Shown here: piece after piece, positions 10,337 through 19,976 of the stretch
How the letters are laid out: each line of letters starts with the position of its first letter
Position numbering within the stretch: the first letter of the stretch is position 1
Source of the DNA: a virus
Lineage: Duplodnaviria; Caudoviricetes
IMG/VR virus record: IMGVR_UViG_2700988807_000001
Span: 1 to 64,000 of that record
Reading direction: 5' to 3' (one strand)
DNA length: 64,000 bases
Translations under genes and position numbers: made by a program
Notes under the pieces: model-generated
Database searches by the model: none
What the model was told of the DNA's origin: nothing
The model's input: the letters and a program-made list of their open reading frames with translations, nothing else

Positions 10337-10684
10337 ATGTCCGATGGCAGCATTCTCAATAGCACCAAGAAAGTTCTGGGAATCGACGCCGATTACGATG
10401 CGTTCGACCTAGATGTGATGATGCACATCAACTCCGCCTTTGCGACTCTGAATCAACTTGGTGTAGGACCCGAAGAGGGGTTCATGATCGAGGATGATAC
10501 GGCCACGTGGGGTGACTTCATCGGGAACGACAAACGTCTGAACTCAGTTCCGACTTACGTCTACCTCAAGGTTCAGCTTGTGTTCGATCCTCCCGCAACG
10601 TCGTTCGTTCTCGAAGCTAAGAAGAAGCAGATCGAAGAGTATGAATGGCGACTCAACGTGGTCGTGGAAGGAGACCGAGCATGA
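10337..10684 (+). CDS. Head-tail connector/adaptor-like protein
   Basis: GGAGGTG RBS; SIL.S.KK.LGI..DYDAFD.D...HINS pattern typical of gp6-like head completion proteins. Confidence 0.55.
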   Translation: MSDGSILNSTKKVLGIDADYDAFDLDVMMHINSAFATLNQLGVGPEEGFMIEDDTATWGDFIGNDKRLNSVPTYVYLKVQLVFDPPATSFVLEAKKKQIEEYEWRLNVVVEGDRA

Positions 10685-12276
10685 CAGAGAACAAGACGTG
10701 GTGCATCGTAGCTCTTCCTGAAGAAGAAAGCCCTGTGTGGCGGGAATCGAGCGAAAAGGTTCCTCACATGACGCTTCTCTTCTTGGGTGAGCAGGATGAT
10801 CCCAAGAAGGCTGAGGAGATCGCCACTTTCCTTCAGCATGCAGTCAACACCAGCCTCACCAAGTTCTCGATGAGTGTCAAGGATCGTGGCGTTCTCGGAG
10901 AAGATGACGCTGACGTCCTGTTCTTCGACACGAAGACGGTTCCTCAGCAGCTCATTGAGTTCCGAAAGTTCCTGCTTCAGGACGCCACCATTCGGTCCTG
11001 CTACGATTCCGCTTTCCAGTATCCGTCTTGGACACCCCATGTGACAATGGGTTATCCGAAGACGCCGGCAAAGAAGACCAACGATCCATACCCGGTTCGA
11101 ACGGTTTACTTCGATCGAATCGCATTGTGGGTCATGGACTACGACGGCCCGACGTTCGATCTCGATTGGGAGCGAGGCGATTACGCTGACCCTTACTCCG
11201 ACTCCGATCAACTTTCTGTTCCAGGAGAATTGGCAATGAGTAGCATGCCCTCACCGAGCAACTTCCGTCATCTCGGGGTTGGTGGAAAGCATACTCCTCC
11301 TCGCGATCCTCTGGCTGTTGCTCTCGTCCCCGCAACACAGCGGGCCGAGCGTTCGGCGATCGATATTGCGAACAACGCACGCTATCTCCAGCATTACGCT
11401 GCTGGTAAGCGGTTCGACGATCCAGCCGACCCGGTATCGCAGAGCTATATTCGAGAGAACCAGCTGGCCTTTCTCGAACATCTGAACAAGATGGCTGGAG
11501 GAACGAAGTTCGAGAAGGAGAAGCGTCGGTATGACATCAGCACTTCGCCCGAGGGCGATTGGGTGCTGTCGACCATCGATCTTCTGACTCATGCTGGTCT
11601 CGTTGAGACTCGCATTCGGCCGATCACTGACGACCGCGGTCGCATCTTCAAGTATGCTCTTCTTTCCGATGCCATCGAGCCCGGCGATATTCAAGGCGCC
11701 ATGATGCATTACGGCATCAAGGGTATGAAGTGGGGCGTTCGACGTAAGGCTGGTGCTGACGGAACGGTCGGCGGAAGTTCTGGCAGTTCGGGTGGCGGCG
11801 ACAGCGGTGGTTCTGGTGGAGATGGTGGCGGGTCTCCGCTCTCCAGGCTTCGTCAGAAGCAGACCACCAAGCAGAAGATCCAACAGAAGATCAACCGTCC
11901 CATGACCGAAGACGCCAAAGATGCGGCAGCTGGTCGGAGGACGTCTGGTCAACACGGTACCGACGCCCTCTCGAACAAGGAGCTCAAAGCTCTTGTCGAG
12001 CGGATGAACCTGGAACAGCAGTATGCCCAGCTCCAGGCAAACGGTAAAGCGAAGACCGCTCGTCAGGCAGGTCAGTCGTACATCTCCGAAATTCTTCAGG
12101 AGCAGGGTAAGGCTCTTATCGGAGAGGCGATCAACTTCGCCGTCAAGGAAGGCTTCAAGTACGCGTTCGATCAGGCTCGGGGCGGTAGTGGATCTGGTAG
12201 CGGTGCTAACCAGGCCAACGCTCAGCGTCTGACTCCGCTCGCCATCGAAGCTGCTCGGCGGGCCATCACTCGGTAA
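10681..12276 (+). CDS. 2H-phosphoesterase (2'-5' RNA ligase-like) fused to an internal HYG(I/V)KGMKWG module
   Basis: Two HxT motifs (PHMTLLFLG, PHVTMGY); internal MMHYGIKGMKWGVRR near 11701; ATG 10681 overlaps the previous stop. Confidence 0.72.
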   Translation: MTENKTWCIVALPEEESPVWRESSEKVPHMTLLFLGEQDDPKKAEEIATFLQHAVNTSLTKFSMSVKDRGVLGEDDADVLFFDTKTVPQQLIEFRKFLLQDATIRSCYDSAFQYPSWTPHVTMGYPKTPAKKTNDPYPVRTVYFDRIALWVMDYDGPTFDLDWERGDYADPYSDSDQLSVPGELAMSSMPSPSNFRHLGVGGKHTPPRDPLAVALVPATQRAERSAIDIANNARYLQHYAAGKRFDDPADPVSQSYIRENQLAFLEHLNKMAGGTKFEKEKRRYDISTSPEGDWVLSTIDLLTHAGLVETRIRPITDDRGRIFKYALLSDAIEPGDIQGAMMHYGIKGMKWGVRRKAGADGTVGGSSGSSGGGDSGGSGGDGGGSPLSRLRQKQTTKQKIQQKINRPMTEDAKDAAAGRRTSGQHGTDALSNKELKALVERMNLEQQYAQLQANGKAKTARQAGQSYISEILQEQGKALIGEAINFAVKEGFKYAFDQARGGSGSGSGANQANAQRLTPLAIEAARRAITR

Positions 12277-12292
12277 TTGAAAGGTATTTGCG

Positions 12293-14038
12293 ATGGGGTT
12301 GTCGAACACCGCAGTTCCGATTTACTACGGAAAGTTCCGTGAAGCGGTGCTCAATGGTGAGATTCCGGTAAACCGAGAAATCTCCATGGAGATGAATCGC
12401 ATCGACGACCTCATCGCAAATGACAACATCTATTACGATGACCAGGCTGTCGAGGGATTCATTCGCTATTGTGAAAACGAGATGACTCTGACCGATGGTT
12501 CAGATCTTCATCTCTTGGATTCGTTCAAACTTTGGGCCGAACAAATCTTCGGATGGTACTACTTCGTCGAACGAAGTGTCTACGAACCTTTCGAAGACAA
12601 TCACGGTGGGCGGTACGTCAACAAGGTTGTGAAGAAACGACTGATCACTAAGCAGTATCTGATCGTCGCCCGAGGCGCAGCCAAGTCGCTCTATGAGTCT
12701 CTTCTCCAGAGCTACTTCCTCAATGTCGACACACAGACCACCCATCAGATCACGACCTCGCCGACCATGAAGCAGTCCGAGGAAGTGATGGCCCCGTTCC
12801 GAACCGCGATCACTCGTGCAAGAGGACCGCTGTTCGAATTCCTTACCGAGGGTTCTATGCAGAACACCACGGGTAATAGGTTTGCTAGGCAAAAGTTGGC
12901 TTCCACCAAGAAGGGTATCGAGAACTTCTTGACGGGCTCCATGCTAGAAGTTCGCCCGATGTCCATCAACAAGCTGCAGGGTCTTCGACCCAAGGTCTCG
13001 ACGGTGGACGAATGGTTGTCCGGCGACATCCGAGAGGACGTCATCGGCGCCATCGAACAGGGCGCGTCCAAGCTTGACGACTACTTGATCGTTGCCGTCA
13101 GCTCGGAGGGAACTGTTCGAAACGGGTCGGGCGACACTATCAAAATGGAACTTGCAGACATCCTCAAGGGGGAGTACTCTGCGCCGCACGTCTCCATCTG
13201 GCATTACAAGTTGGACAATCTCGAAGAGGTTGGTCGACCTGAGATGTGGTTGAAGGCGAACCCCAACCTCGGTAAGACCGTAACTTACGAAACTTACCAG
13301 TTGGATGTAGAACGAGCTGAGAAAGCGCCTGCATCTCGAAACGATATCTTGGCTAAGCGATTCGGAATCCCTATGGAGGGGTACACCTACTTCTTCACTT
13401 ATGAAGAGACGATTCCTCATCGTCGTCAAAGCTTCTGGCGTCAGCCTTGTGCTCTCGGCGCTGACCTTTCGCAGGGCGATGATTTCTGTGCGTTCACGTT
13501 CTTCTTCCCTCTTCGAAACGGGAAGTTCGGAATCAAGACTCGCAGCTACATCACCGAACTAACGTTGATGAAGTTGCCTGGCGCACTCCGACACAAGTAC
13601 GACGAATTCGTTGCCGAAGGCAGCTTGCACGTAATGCCCGGCACCATCTTGGAGATGATGGACGTCTACGACGATCTGGATAATCACATCCAAGACTGCG
13701 AGTACGACGTTCGAGCTTTCGGATTCGACCCGTACAACGCTAAAGAGTTCGTTGCTCGCTGGGAAGCTGAGAACGGACCGTTTGGTATCGAGAAGGTCAT
13801 TCAGGGTTCCAAGACCGAATCGGTTCCTCTGGGTGAGCTCAAAATTCTAAGTGAAGAGCGTTGTCTGATCTTCGACGAAAGCCTGATGTCGTTCACGATG
13901 GGTAACGCCATCACTCTGGAAGACACGAATGGTAACCGCAAGCTTCTCAAGAAGCGACAGGAAGAGAAGATCGATAACGTCGCAGCCATGATGGATGCCT
14001 ACATCGCCTACAAGGCGAACAAGGAAGCGTTCATCTAA
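12293..14038 (+). CDS. Terminase large subunit
   Basis: Walker A VARGAAKS, Walker B STVDEW, nuclease LGADLS..DD, FDPYNA, KIDNVAAMMDA. Confidence 0.92.
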   Translation: MGLSNTAVPIYYGKFREAVLNGEIPVNREISMEMNRIDDLIANDNIYYDDQAVEGFIRYCENEMTLTDGSDLHLLDSFKLWAEQIFGWYYFVERSVYEPFEDNHGGRYVNKVVKKRLITKQYLIVARGAAKSLYESLLQSYFLNVDTQTTHQITTSPTMKQSEEVMAPFRTAITRARGPLFEFLTEGSMQNTTGNRFARQKLASTKKGIENFLTGSMLEVRPMSINKLQGLRPKVSTVDEWLSGDIREDVIGAIEQGASKLDDYLIVAVSSEGTVRNGSGDTIKMELADILKGEYSAPHVSIWHYKLDNLEEVGRPEMWLKANPNLGKTVTYETYQLDVERAEKAPASRNDILAKRFGIPMEGYTYFFTYEETIPHRRQSFWRQPCALGADLSQGDDFCAFTFFFPLRNGKFGIKTRSYITELTLMKLPGALRHKYDEFVAEGSLHVMPGTILEMMDVYDDLDNHIQDCEYDVRAFGFDPYNAKEFVARWEAENGPFGIEKVIQGSKTESVPLGELKILSEERCLIFDESLMSFTMGNAITLEDTNGNRKLLKKRQEEKIDNVAAMMDAYIAYKANKEAFI

Positions 14039-14057
14039 TCGAGAAAGGTGCTCTACA

Positions 14058-14198
14058 GTGAGCGATCTTAGTTATTCCGCCGTGAAGAGAAGTCCCGAAA
14101 AGCATCTCTTTGCTTTCGCTCTCTCGAGCCTTCCGAATCCAGACGACGCTGTGATTGACGGCGACAACACCGAAGGGGAAATCGATGGCAACGTTTGA
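14058..14198 (+). CDS. Small hypothetical protein (46 aa)
   Basis: GAAAGGTG RBS then GTG; fills the gap after terminase. Confidence 0.3.
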   Translation: MSDLSYSAVKRSPEKHLFAFALSSLPNPDDAVIDGDNTEGEIDGNV

Positions 14199-14574
14199 TA
14201 CCGAAGATTTTCTCGCCCACTACGGCGTTAAGGGAATGAAGTGGGGTGTAACTCGCGCCGCCCCGGAAGTTCGAGTTGCTCGAAAGGCTGCTCGAAAGCA
14301 AGCTCGTCGGGATCTCGACACAGTAATGGCTGTGAACGAGATCAAGCGTAGAGAAGCGGCCTCTACTATGACGTCTGGTAAGAAGTTTCTTTCCGACATG
14401 GGTGCCGTCGGTAGTGCTTACACCGGGACGAGCATTAGCCGTGCAGCGGGTTACAGCAGAGGGCAAGCTAAAGTTATCTCGATTCTAGGCGGCGGACCTC
14501 TTTACGGACCTCTTACCGCCGGCGTTGCTGCGGAGCTCAAGATTCGCAAGGACGTCCGCTCCAGCATTCGATGA
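14185..14574 (+). CDS. HYG-leader family protein 1
   Basis: Starts MATFDTEDFLAHYGVKGMKWGV; basic C-terminus. Confidence 0.8.
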   Translation: MATFDTEDFLAHYGVKGMKWGVTRAAPEVRVARKAARKQARRDLDTVMAVNEIKRREAASTMTSGKKFLSDMGAVGSAYTGTSISRAAGYSRGQAKVISILGGGPLYGPLTAGVAAELKIRKDVRSSIR

Positions 14575-14588
14575 GGGGTGGGTGAATC

Positions 14589-15254
14589 ATGAGCTCAGAC
14601 GTTGATTCCTTCCTTGCCCACTACGGTGTCAAGGGGATGAAGTGGGGTGTTCGTAAGAAAAGTTCTGGTGAATCTTCTGGAGGATCTTCTGAAGAGCATC
14701 CCGTTCGGGACCATAACGGTAAACTTTCGCTGAAGAACCCTAAAGTTCGACGTGCTGCCGTTGTTGGTGCTTCTGTCGTTGCTATTGGCGCTGCAGCTTT
14801 TGTTGCTTCTCGATACATGGATAAACCAGTCGATACACAAAGCATCAAAAAAGGTGCCGAAAAGGTTGCCGATATTCTGCAGCAACCGACCGACATAATC
14901 TACATGTCTAAGCCACATAAAGGTTCAGGATCCAGAACTACTCTAGGGTTTGTTTCTGAAGGACAAACCAAAGACTACTTCAAAATCTTCGATGACGCAG
15001 GTCTAAACTCTGATGGGTTTAAGCCGGGCGATTTCAAAAAGTTGAGTAACGGAAACGTTGCCACCTACATCGCGGACATGATGGGTCGAGTTGATAGTGC
15101 TGGACGAAAGGTTCCGCATGTTGTTTTGATTCCAGCCGACAAAGCAGTTGGTTTGAACAGCATGGAGGACGTGGTCAAGAAGTATGGGCCAGAGCTAGAG
15201 CGTAGGTATCAGACCTACTTGGAGGAACGCCGAAAGACGACGCCGGAAGTGTAG
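14589..15254 (+). CDS. HYG-leader family protein 2
   Basis: MSSDVDSFLAHYGVKGMKWGV; hydrophobic helix; unique C-terminal domain. Confidence 0.8.
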   Translation: MSSDVDSFLAHYGVKGMKWGVRKKSSGESSGGSSEEHPVRDHNGKLSLKNPKVRRAAVVGASVVAIGAAAFVASRYMDKPVDTQSIKKGAEKVADILQQPTDIIYMSKPHKGSGSRTTLGFVSEGQTKDYFKIFDDAGLNSDGFKPGDFKKLSNGNVATYIADMMGRVDSAGRKVPHVVLIPADKAVGLNSMEDVVKKYGPELERRYQTYLEERRKTTPEV

Positions 15255-15258
15255 GGAG

Positions 15259-16104
15259 GTGATTGATACCATGTCTGATATTGATTCCTTCCTCGCCCAC
15301 TACGGCGTCAAAGGAATGAAGTGGGGTGTCACAAAAGACCAGCATCGCGAGTACAAAGAAGTTGCTTCTCGTGACACCACAAACATGGTCAAACGAGCCG
15401 GCTCAACGGTTCAGATGACTCGCTACTTCTCTCAGGGCGGCACTCTGAAGAAGCAGCAGAAGTATACGCAGGATTGGTACGACAAGCTCGAAGGCGGAAA
15501 GGAGTTCATCGAAAAGGGTGCTTCTCTAAACCGCGTCGTTCGAGGTGTCGACGACAGAGCCCTTGCCGGTCGCTTGTATGTTTCCAAACTGAAGAGCGAC
15601 AACGAGATGTACAAAGCTGTCATTCCTGCCGTTCAGAAGAAATTCGCTTTCGGTCAAAAGCAATACCACTCGGTGTATCAGGTGGAGCTCGAAACCAAGA
15701 AGCGATTGGCGATGCCTTCTCAGAAAGAACGCGTCGACGCCTTCATCGAAACCATTCAGACGCCTACCGGGCGAGAATGGATGAAGAAGAATGGCTACAA
15801 GCGCGAGATCGATGAGCTCAACGCCAAGGAGATGGGCCTCAAGGCGTACAAGAAGTTCAATAAGTATGCTGGCGACCAGGGCTCCAAGATGAATGACGCT
15901 TACTTCAACAAACTGAAGTCTCGCGGCTATGATGCTCTCATCGACGACAACGATGCGGGCATTTGGAGTAAGAAGCCGATGATTCTGCTGTCTCCGAGCA
16001 GCACAGTAAAGGTGAAGAGCGTTAGGCAACTTACTGCTGACGAGATCAACCAGGCTCAGCGAAACGTTCTCAAGGACCGTGACTTCAAGGAAAGGCGGTC
16101 GTGA
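15259..16104 (+). CDS. HYG-leader family protein 3 with ADP-ribosyltransferase-like C-terminal domain
   Basis: Leader; KG..LNR...LYVS...Y...GYDALIDDND...KPMILL pattern shared with 16101 and 18201 (ATG 15271 is an alternative start). Confidence 0.7.
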   Translation: MIDTMSDIDSFLAHYGVKGMKWGVTKDQHREYKEVASRDTTNMVKRAGSTVQMTRYFSQGGTLKKQQKYTQDWYDKLEGGKEFIEKGASLNRVVRGVDDRALAGRLYVSKLKSDNEMYKAVIPAVQKKFAFGQKQYHSVYQVELETKKRLAMPSQKERVDAFIETIQTPTGREWMKKNGYKREIDELNAKEMGLKAYKKFNKYAGDQGSKMNDAYFNKLKSRGYDALIDDNDAGIWSKKPMILLSPSSTVKVKSVRQLTADEINQAQRNVLKDRDFKERRS

Positions 16105-17147
16105 TGAGTGCAGACACTGACGACTTCCTTGCCCACTACGGTGTCAAGGGAATGAAGTGGGGCGTTATTCGGTCCGATCCTTCTGGCGGGAAGAAAACCG
16201 GTTCTAGTGTCGACAGAGAATTTTCGGACGAAAGGGTCGCTAAAGCCCTTAGCGATTTTTACAAAACGAAAAGTTCTGAGCAGCTAAACGCCGAAGCCCA
16301 AGTCAAACTTCGCGCACAAGCCGATCGCGTTCATGCTCACAAACCCGAAAGCGATAAGTCTTCCGACACAGACGCTTTTCAGGAAAAACTTGTTCCTGGC
16401 GGTTACACTCGAAACCAAAAGATCGCAATTGGTGTTGGTGCTGCTGTCGCGGTCGGACTTCTCGGCTATACTGCTCACAAAACTGTCTTCGCAAGACAAG
16501 GGACAGCAAGGGCTCTCGAGTCCGAGTGGTCTGGTTTGTTCGGGACAAAGGCGGACGTTTCCAGAGAACGTGCTGGCGAATTTCACGGCAGCTCTTTTGG
16601 TGGGCTTAAAAACGGAAAAGCTCTAGATCGTCCTGGATTTACGATTCCTAAATCGACAACGTTTCAGCGTCTATCCGGTCATGCTGAAAGTGGCGCTGAT
16701 TATTCTTCAGGAACTTATGCGACGTTCTTGTCTAATGACAAAAGAGTTTATGGTCGATCTGAAGAATTCGGTACCAAGAAGTATACGCTTCAGTTTCAAG
16801 CGACAGAAGACATTCGCGTTCCGTCTACTAAGACGGTGCTTGACACTTTACGTAAAAACATGACCGAAAGCAATAAGGGCGTTGTGCCTAGAGACCAAGA
16901 CGTCATGTTTTCCTACCACAGCATGTCTGGTGGCGAATGGAAGAGTTCCAATAGTCAACGTTTGATTGAAAGCCTTAAGAAGCAAGGTTACTCAGCGATA
17001 GTTGACGACATGGATGCCGGCTATCTTGGGGATCTCCCGGTACTTTTCTTTGGGGAAACAAGAAGCGTTAAGGCGAAAAAGCGATCGATGCTTGACTACG
17101 CTATGGATTATAACGCGGCACTACCTCTACTTCAAACCTATGCGTAA
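16101..17147 (+). CDS. HYG-leader family protein 4 with ADP-ribosyltransferase-like C-terminal domain
   Basis: Leader; KIAIGVGAAVAVGLLGY helix; FQR...TYAT...LKKQGYSAIVDDMD...PVLFF. Confidence 0.7.
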   Translation: MMSADTDDFLAHYGVKGMKWGVIRSDPSGGKKTGSSVDREFSDERVAKALSDFYKTKSSEQLNAEAQVKLRAQADRVHAHKPESDKSSDTDAFQEKLVPGGYTRNQKIAIGVGAAVAVGLLGYTAHKTVFARQGTARALESEWSGLFGTKADVSRERAGEFHGSSFGGLKNGKALDRPGFTIPKSTTFQRLSGHAESGADYSSGTYATFLSNDKRVYGRSEEFGTKKYTLQFQATEDIRVPSTKTVLDTLRKNMTESNKGVVPRDQDVMFSYHSMSGGEWKSSNSQRLIESLKKQGYSAIVDDMDAGYLGDLPVLFFGETRSVKAKKRSMLDYAMDYNAALPLLQTYA

Positions 17148-17203
17148 GTCTAGGCGGAACAACAAGAGCAGCGCCGGCAGAGATTTCCCCGAGGAGGTGA
17201 AAC

Positions 17204-18199
17204 GTGAGTGATACAAATTCGGATTACGTAGACGACTTCCTAGCCCACTACGGTGTCAAGGGGATGAAGTGGGGTGTCAAGAGATCTGATGCCCAGTTGG
17301 CAAGGGCGTCGGGAGGCCGTCAAAATGGGAGTGATGGCGCATCCGATTCTGCACCTAAGCAGGGGATGAGTCGTAAGAAGAAGATCGCTATCGGTGCCGG
17401 TGTTGTTGGTGGCGTAGCCCTGGTTGCTCTGGGCGCCTATGCCGTCAACAAGCAGATCGATACGAACAAACTTCGAACTCTTGGCGAGATGCGAAAGCAG
17501 GCCGAAGCAAATTTGGCTGGTAAAAAGGCCGCTCAAGCGCAGATCCAAGCCTTCGGTAAGAAGTCTAAGTGGGAGCTTGCGTCGGAACTTCCGGCCAAAC
17601 CCAAGAAGTCGCCTATGACTCAGTCCGAGTACAAAGCCCAGGCACAAGCCAAGGTTAAGGCTCGGGCAGACGAGTTGATTGCTAAATCGGGCTCAAAGCC
17701 GATGGGTAAGGCGGCTCGTCGAAAGGCTGCTGAGCAGCAAGCAATTCAGGAACACTTCAACAAGTTTGCCAAGAAGTCTTTCCTGGATCTCGCTACCGAA
17801 CTTCCTTCCGCACCGAAGCAACCTAAGTTGTCTCGCAAGGAAGCGAAGAGTCGAACTAACGAGGCGGTTCGAAGGGCTACTGAAACTCAGCAGATCAACA
17901 GTAGGTTGAATGCTGTCCGAGGAATCCTTGACAAGTCGGGTTCTACTCCGGCTCGAAAGGCTGGCTCTTCGTACACTTCTCGCGATCGAAAGAACGACAC
18001 CAAGCTTTACGGTACCGAGGGCGCTGCTCGAATTCAGAAGCGAATCTCTAAGGGAACGCTCCTTTCCGAGGCACGACGCAAGGAAGCTACTCGACAGTAT
18101 GGCGTGAAAGCCGCTCGAGTTGGAATGAACATCGGGTCGGCTGGACGTCGAGAGTCGAAAGACTACGAGCGTCTGAGGAAGCAAGCTGGAAGGGGCTAG
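17204..18199 (+). CDS. HYG-leader family protein 5, highly basic
   Basis: Leader; KKIAIGAGVVGGVALVALGAY helix; Lys/Arg/Ala-rich with internal repeat (KKS..LA.ELP..PK). Confidence 0.78.
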   Translation: MSDTNSDYVDDFLAHYGVKGMKWGVKRSDAQLARASGGRQNGSDGASDSAPKQGMSRKKKIAIGAGVVGGVALVALGAYAVNKQIDTNKLRTLGEMRKQAEANLAGKKAAQAQIQAFGKKSKWELASELPAKPKKSPMTQSEYKAQAQAKVKARADELIAKSGSKPMGKAARRKAAEQQAIQEHFNKFAKKSFLDLATELPSAPKQPKLSRKEAKSRTNEAVRRATETQQINSRLNAVRGILDKSGSTPARKAGSSYTSRDRKNDTKLYGTEGAARIQKRISKGTLLSEARRKEATRQYGVKAARVGMNIGSAGRRESKDYERLRKQAGRG

Positions 18200-18200
18200 G

Positions 18201-19283
18201 GTGACTGCGGTTGTGGAGATCGATGACTTCCTAGCCCACTACGGTGTCAAGGGAATGAAGTGGGGCGTTATTCGGGATCGAGATTCTGGATCCAGATCTT
18301 CTGGTTCAGGAACTTCTGGGCCCGTTAGAACAAGACAAAGCACGGCCCTCGAAGCGAAGTATATTCAGAAGGGACACGACCTCGAAACCGCTCAGCAAAA
18401 GGCGGCTAAGCGAGCGAAAGTTCAAAAGGTTCTTCTAGTCGCCGGTGCAGTAACTCTCGCCGGCACAGCAGCTTATGTGGGACATAAAGAATACGGCAAA
18501 CGATTCACGAACGTTGTTCTTGAAAAAGGCGCCGATCTAAAGTACATCAACGCTTTGGGTCCTCAGGCGGATTACAATCGTCGTTTGTATACCACATTCA
18601 ACGAGGGCGATACCAAAAAGTATCGTGGTATGTTGGCCAAGCAGCTTCAGAAGAATGGATTGAGTAGTAAAACCATTTATGAAACGACGCTTCGTGCGAC
18701 AGAAACTATTAAGGCTCCTTCGCACCGAGAAGCCGAAAAGATTTACAAGGATCTGATCAAGCGGAAAGACATCTACCCCAAGGAATACGGGCGGATGCTC
18801 TCTTATAAAGAATTCAACGCCGGCCTGATTCGCAGTAGCGCGGACGGCAAGGAATTCTACAACGCTCTCAAGAAGAAGGGCTTCAATGCCGTTCTAGACT
18901 CGAATGATCAGTTCGTTTCTGGTTACAACACGAAGAAGCCGTTGATTCTGTTCAACGCAGCTTCGAGCACAGTGAAGACTGGCGAAAAGATCGTCGAACA
19001 GAAGACTATCGATGGGTTGTATGCTCGACAGGTCGCTGGGGTTATGGCCAGACAGTTTGCTCCAGTGGCAGCTGTTGGTGCGGCAGCCGTTGGCGCACAT
19101 AAGTACATTGAATCAAAGAACAAGTATGCTGTCGTGAACAAGTATTTGGATGAGCATCCGAATTCGAAGCGGTCCCCCGCAGAGATCTATGCGAGCCTTC
19201 AAGTGCAGCCGAACGGTCTGTATGAGGTTCCCGATCTTACCGCCGTCAGCAAGCCTCCTAAGAAGGGTGGTTCCAAGAAGTGA
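18201..19283 (+). CDS. HYG-leader family protein 6 with ADP-ribosyltransferase-like C-terminal domain
   Basis: Leader; hydrophobic helix; EKG..LKY...LYTT...LKKKGFNAVLDSND...KPLILF. Confidence 0.7.
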   Translation: MTAVVEIDDFLAHYGVKGMKWGVIRDRDSGSRSSGSGTSGPVRTRQSTALEAKYIQKGHDLETAQQKAAKRAKVQKVLLVAGAVTLAGTAAYVGHKEYGKRFTNVVLEKGADLKYINALGPQADYNRRLYTTFNEGDTKKYRGMLAKQLQKNGLSSKTIYETTLRATETIKAPSHREAEKIYKDLIKRKDIYPKEYGRMLSYKEFNAGLIRSSADGKEFYNALKKKGFNAVLDSNDQFVSGYNTKKPLILFNAASSTVKTGEKIVEQKTIDGLYARQVAGVMARQFAPVAAVGAAAVGAHKYIESKNKYAVVNKYLDEHPNSKRSPAEIYASLQVQPNGLYEVPDLTAVSKPPKKGGSKK

Positions 19284-19396
19284 AGTATCTATTGAAGGTT
19301 CTCGACTTCTTGATCGGGAATCGCCTTGATCGACCGGAGCTTCGAGAGCTTCATCGTCAGCACCAGATCAACGCTCGTCAAAATGGGAGTGAATAA
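19280..19396 (+). CDS. Small hypothetical protein (38 aa)
   Basis: GTG overlaps the previous stop and TAA overlaps the next ATG (VKYLLKVLDFLIGNRLDRPELRELHRQHQINARQNGSE). Confidence 0.35.
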   Translation: MKYLLKVLDFLIGNRLDRPELRELHRQHQINARQNGSE

Positions 19397-19935
19397 TGGA
19401 TGATGTTGACGACTTCCTTGCCCACTACGGTGTCAAGGGAATGAAGTGGGGGCAACGTAAGAATAGTCTCCCTGGAGTCTCAGCCAAGACGAATCGCGAT
19501 GCTCGAAAAGACGCGGAAGAGTTTGCCCGAGCAAAGATGTTCTACGGGACAGGCGCCGGTAATCGACGGAAGCTCATTAAGAGTACCGTCGAAGCTAAGT
19601 CGAAGGACCCCGCATACAAGTCTGCTTTCGACCATCATCTCGCCAACCAGGACATGGGGAAGCACGCGTCAAAGGCAAAGTCTGAACGTCGTCGTAAGGA
19701 TGTCGGTGGAGGTGCGGCCAAGACGGCTCGCGGTGTTCATCGTCAGCTGACTGGCGGATTCGGAAGCGTTTCTTTGGCTTCGGCAGTGCTTGCCGGTGCC
19801 TACGTCGGAGCCCGTAAAACCGGCGTCGATCAAGTCATCATGAACGCTGCAAAGCAAAGACTCGGTGACGTGAAAAGCAAGCAGACCGACAAGAAGAACG
19901 TCAACGAGTGGATGAAGAAGAACGGTTTCCTCTGA
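19396..19935 (+). CDS. HYG-leader family protein 7
   Basis: MDDVDDFLAHYGVKGMKWGQRK; basic helical body. Confidence 0.8.
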   Translation: MDDVDDFLAHYGVKGMKWGQRKNSLPGVSAKTNRDARKDAEEFARAKMFYGTGAGNRRKLIKSTVEAKSKDPAYKSAFDHHLANQDMGKHASKAKSERRRKDVGGGAAKTARGVHRQLTGGFGSVSLASAVLAGAYVGARKTGVDQVIMNAAKQRLGDVKSKQTDKKNVNEWMKKNGFL

Positions 19936-19976
19936 TCCCCAACGTAGACACGCCAACTGGAGAAAGGAGGTGACTT

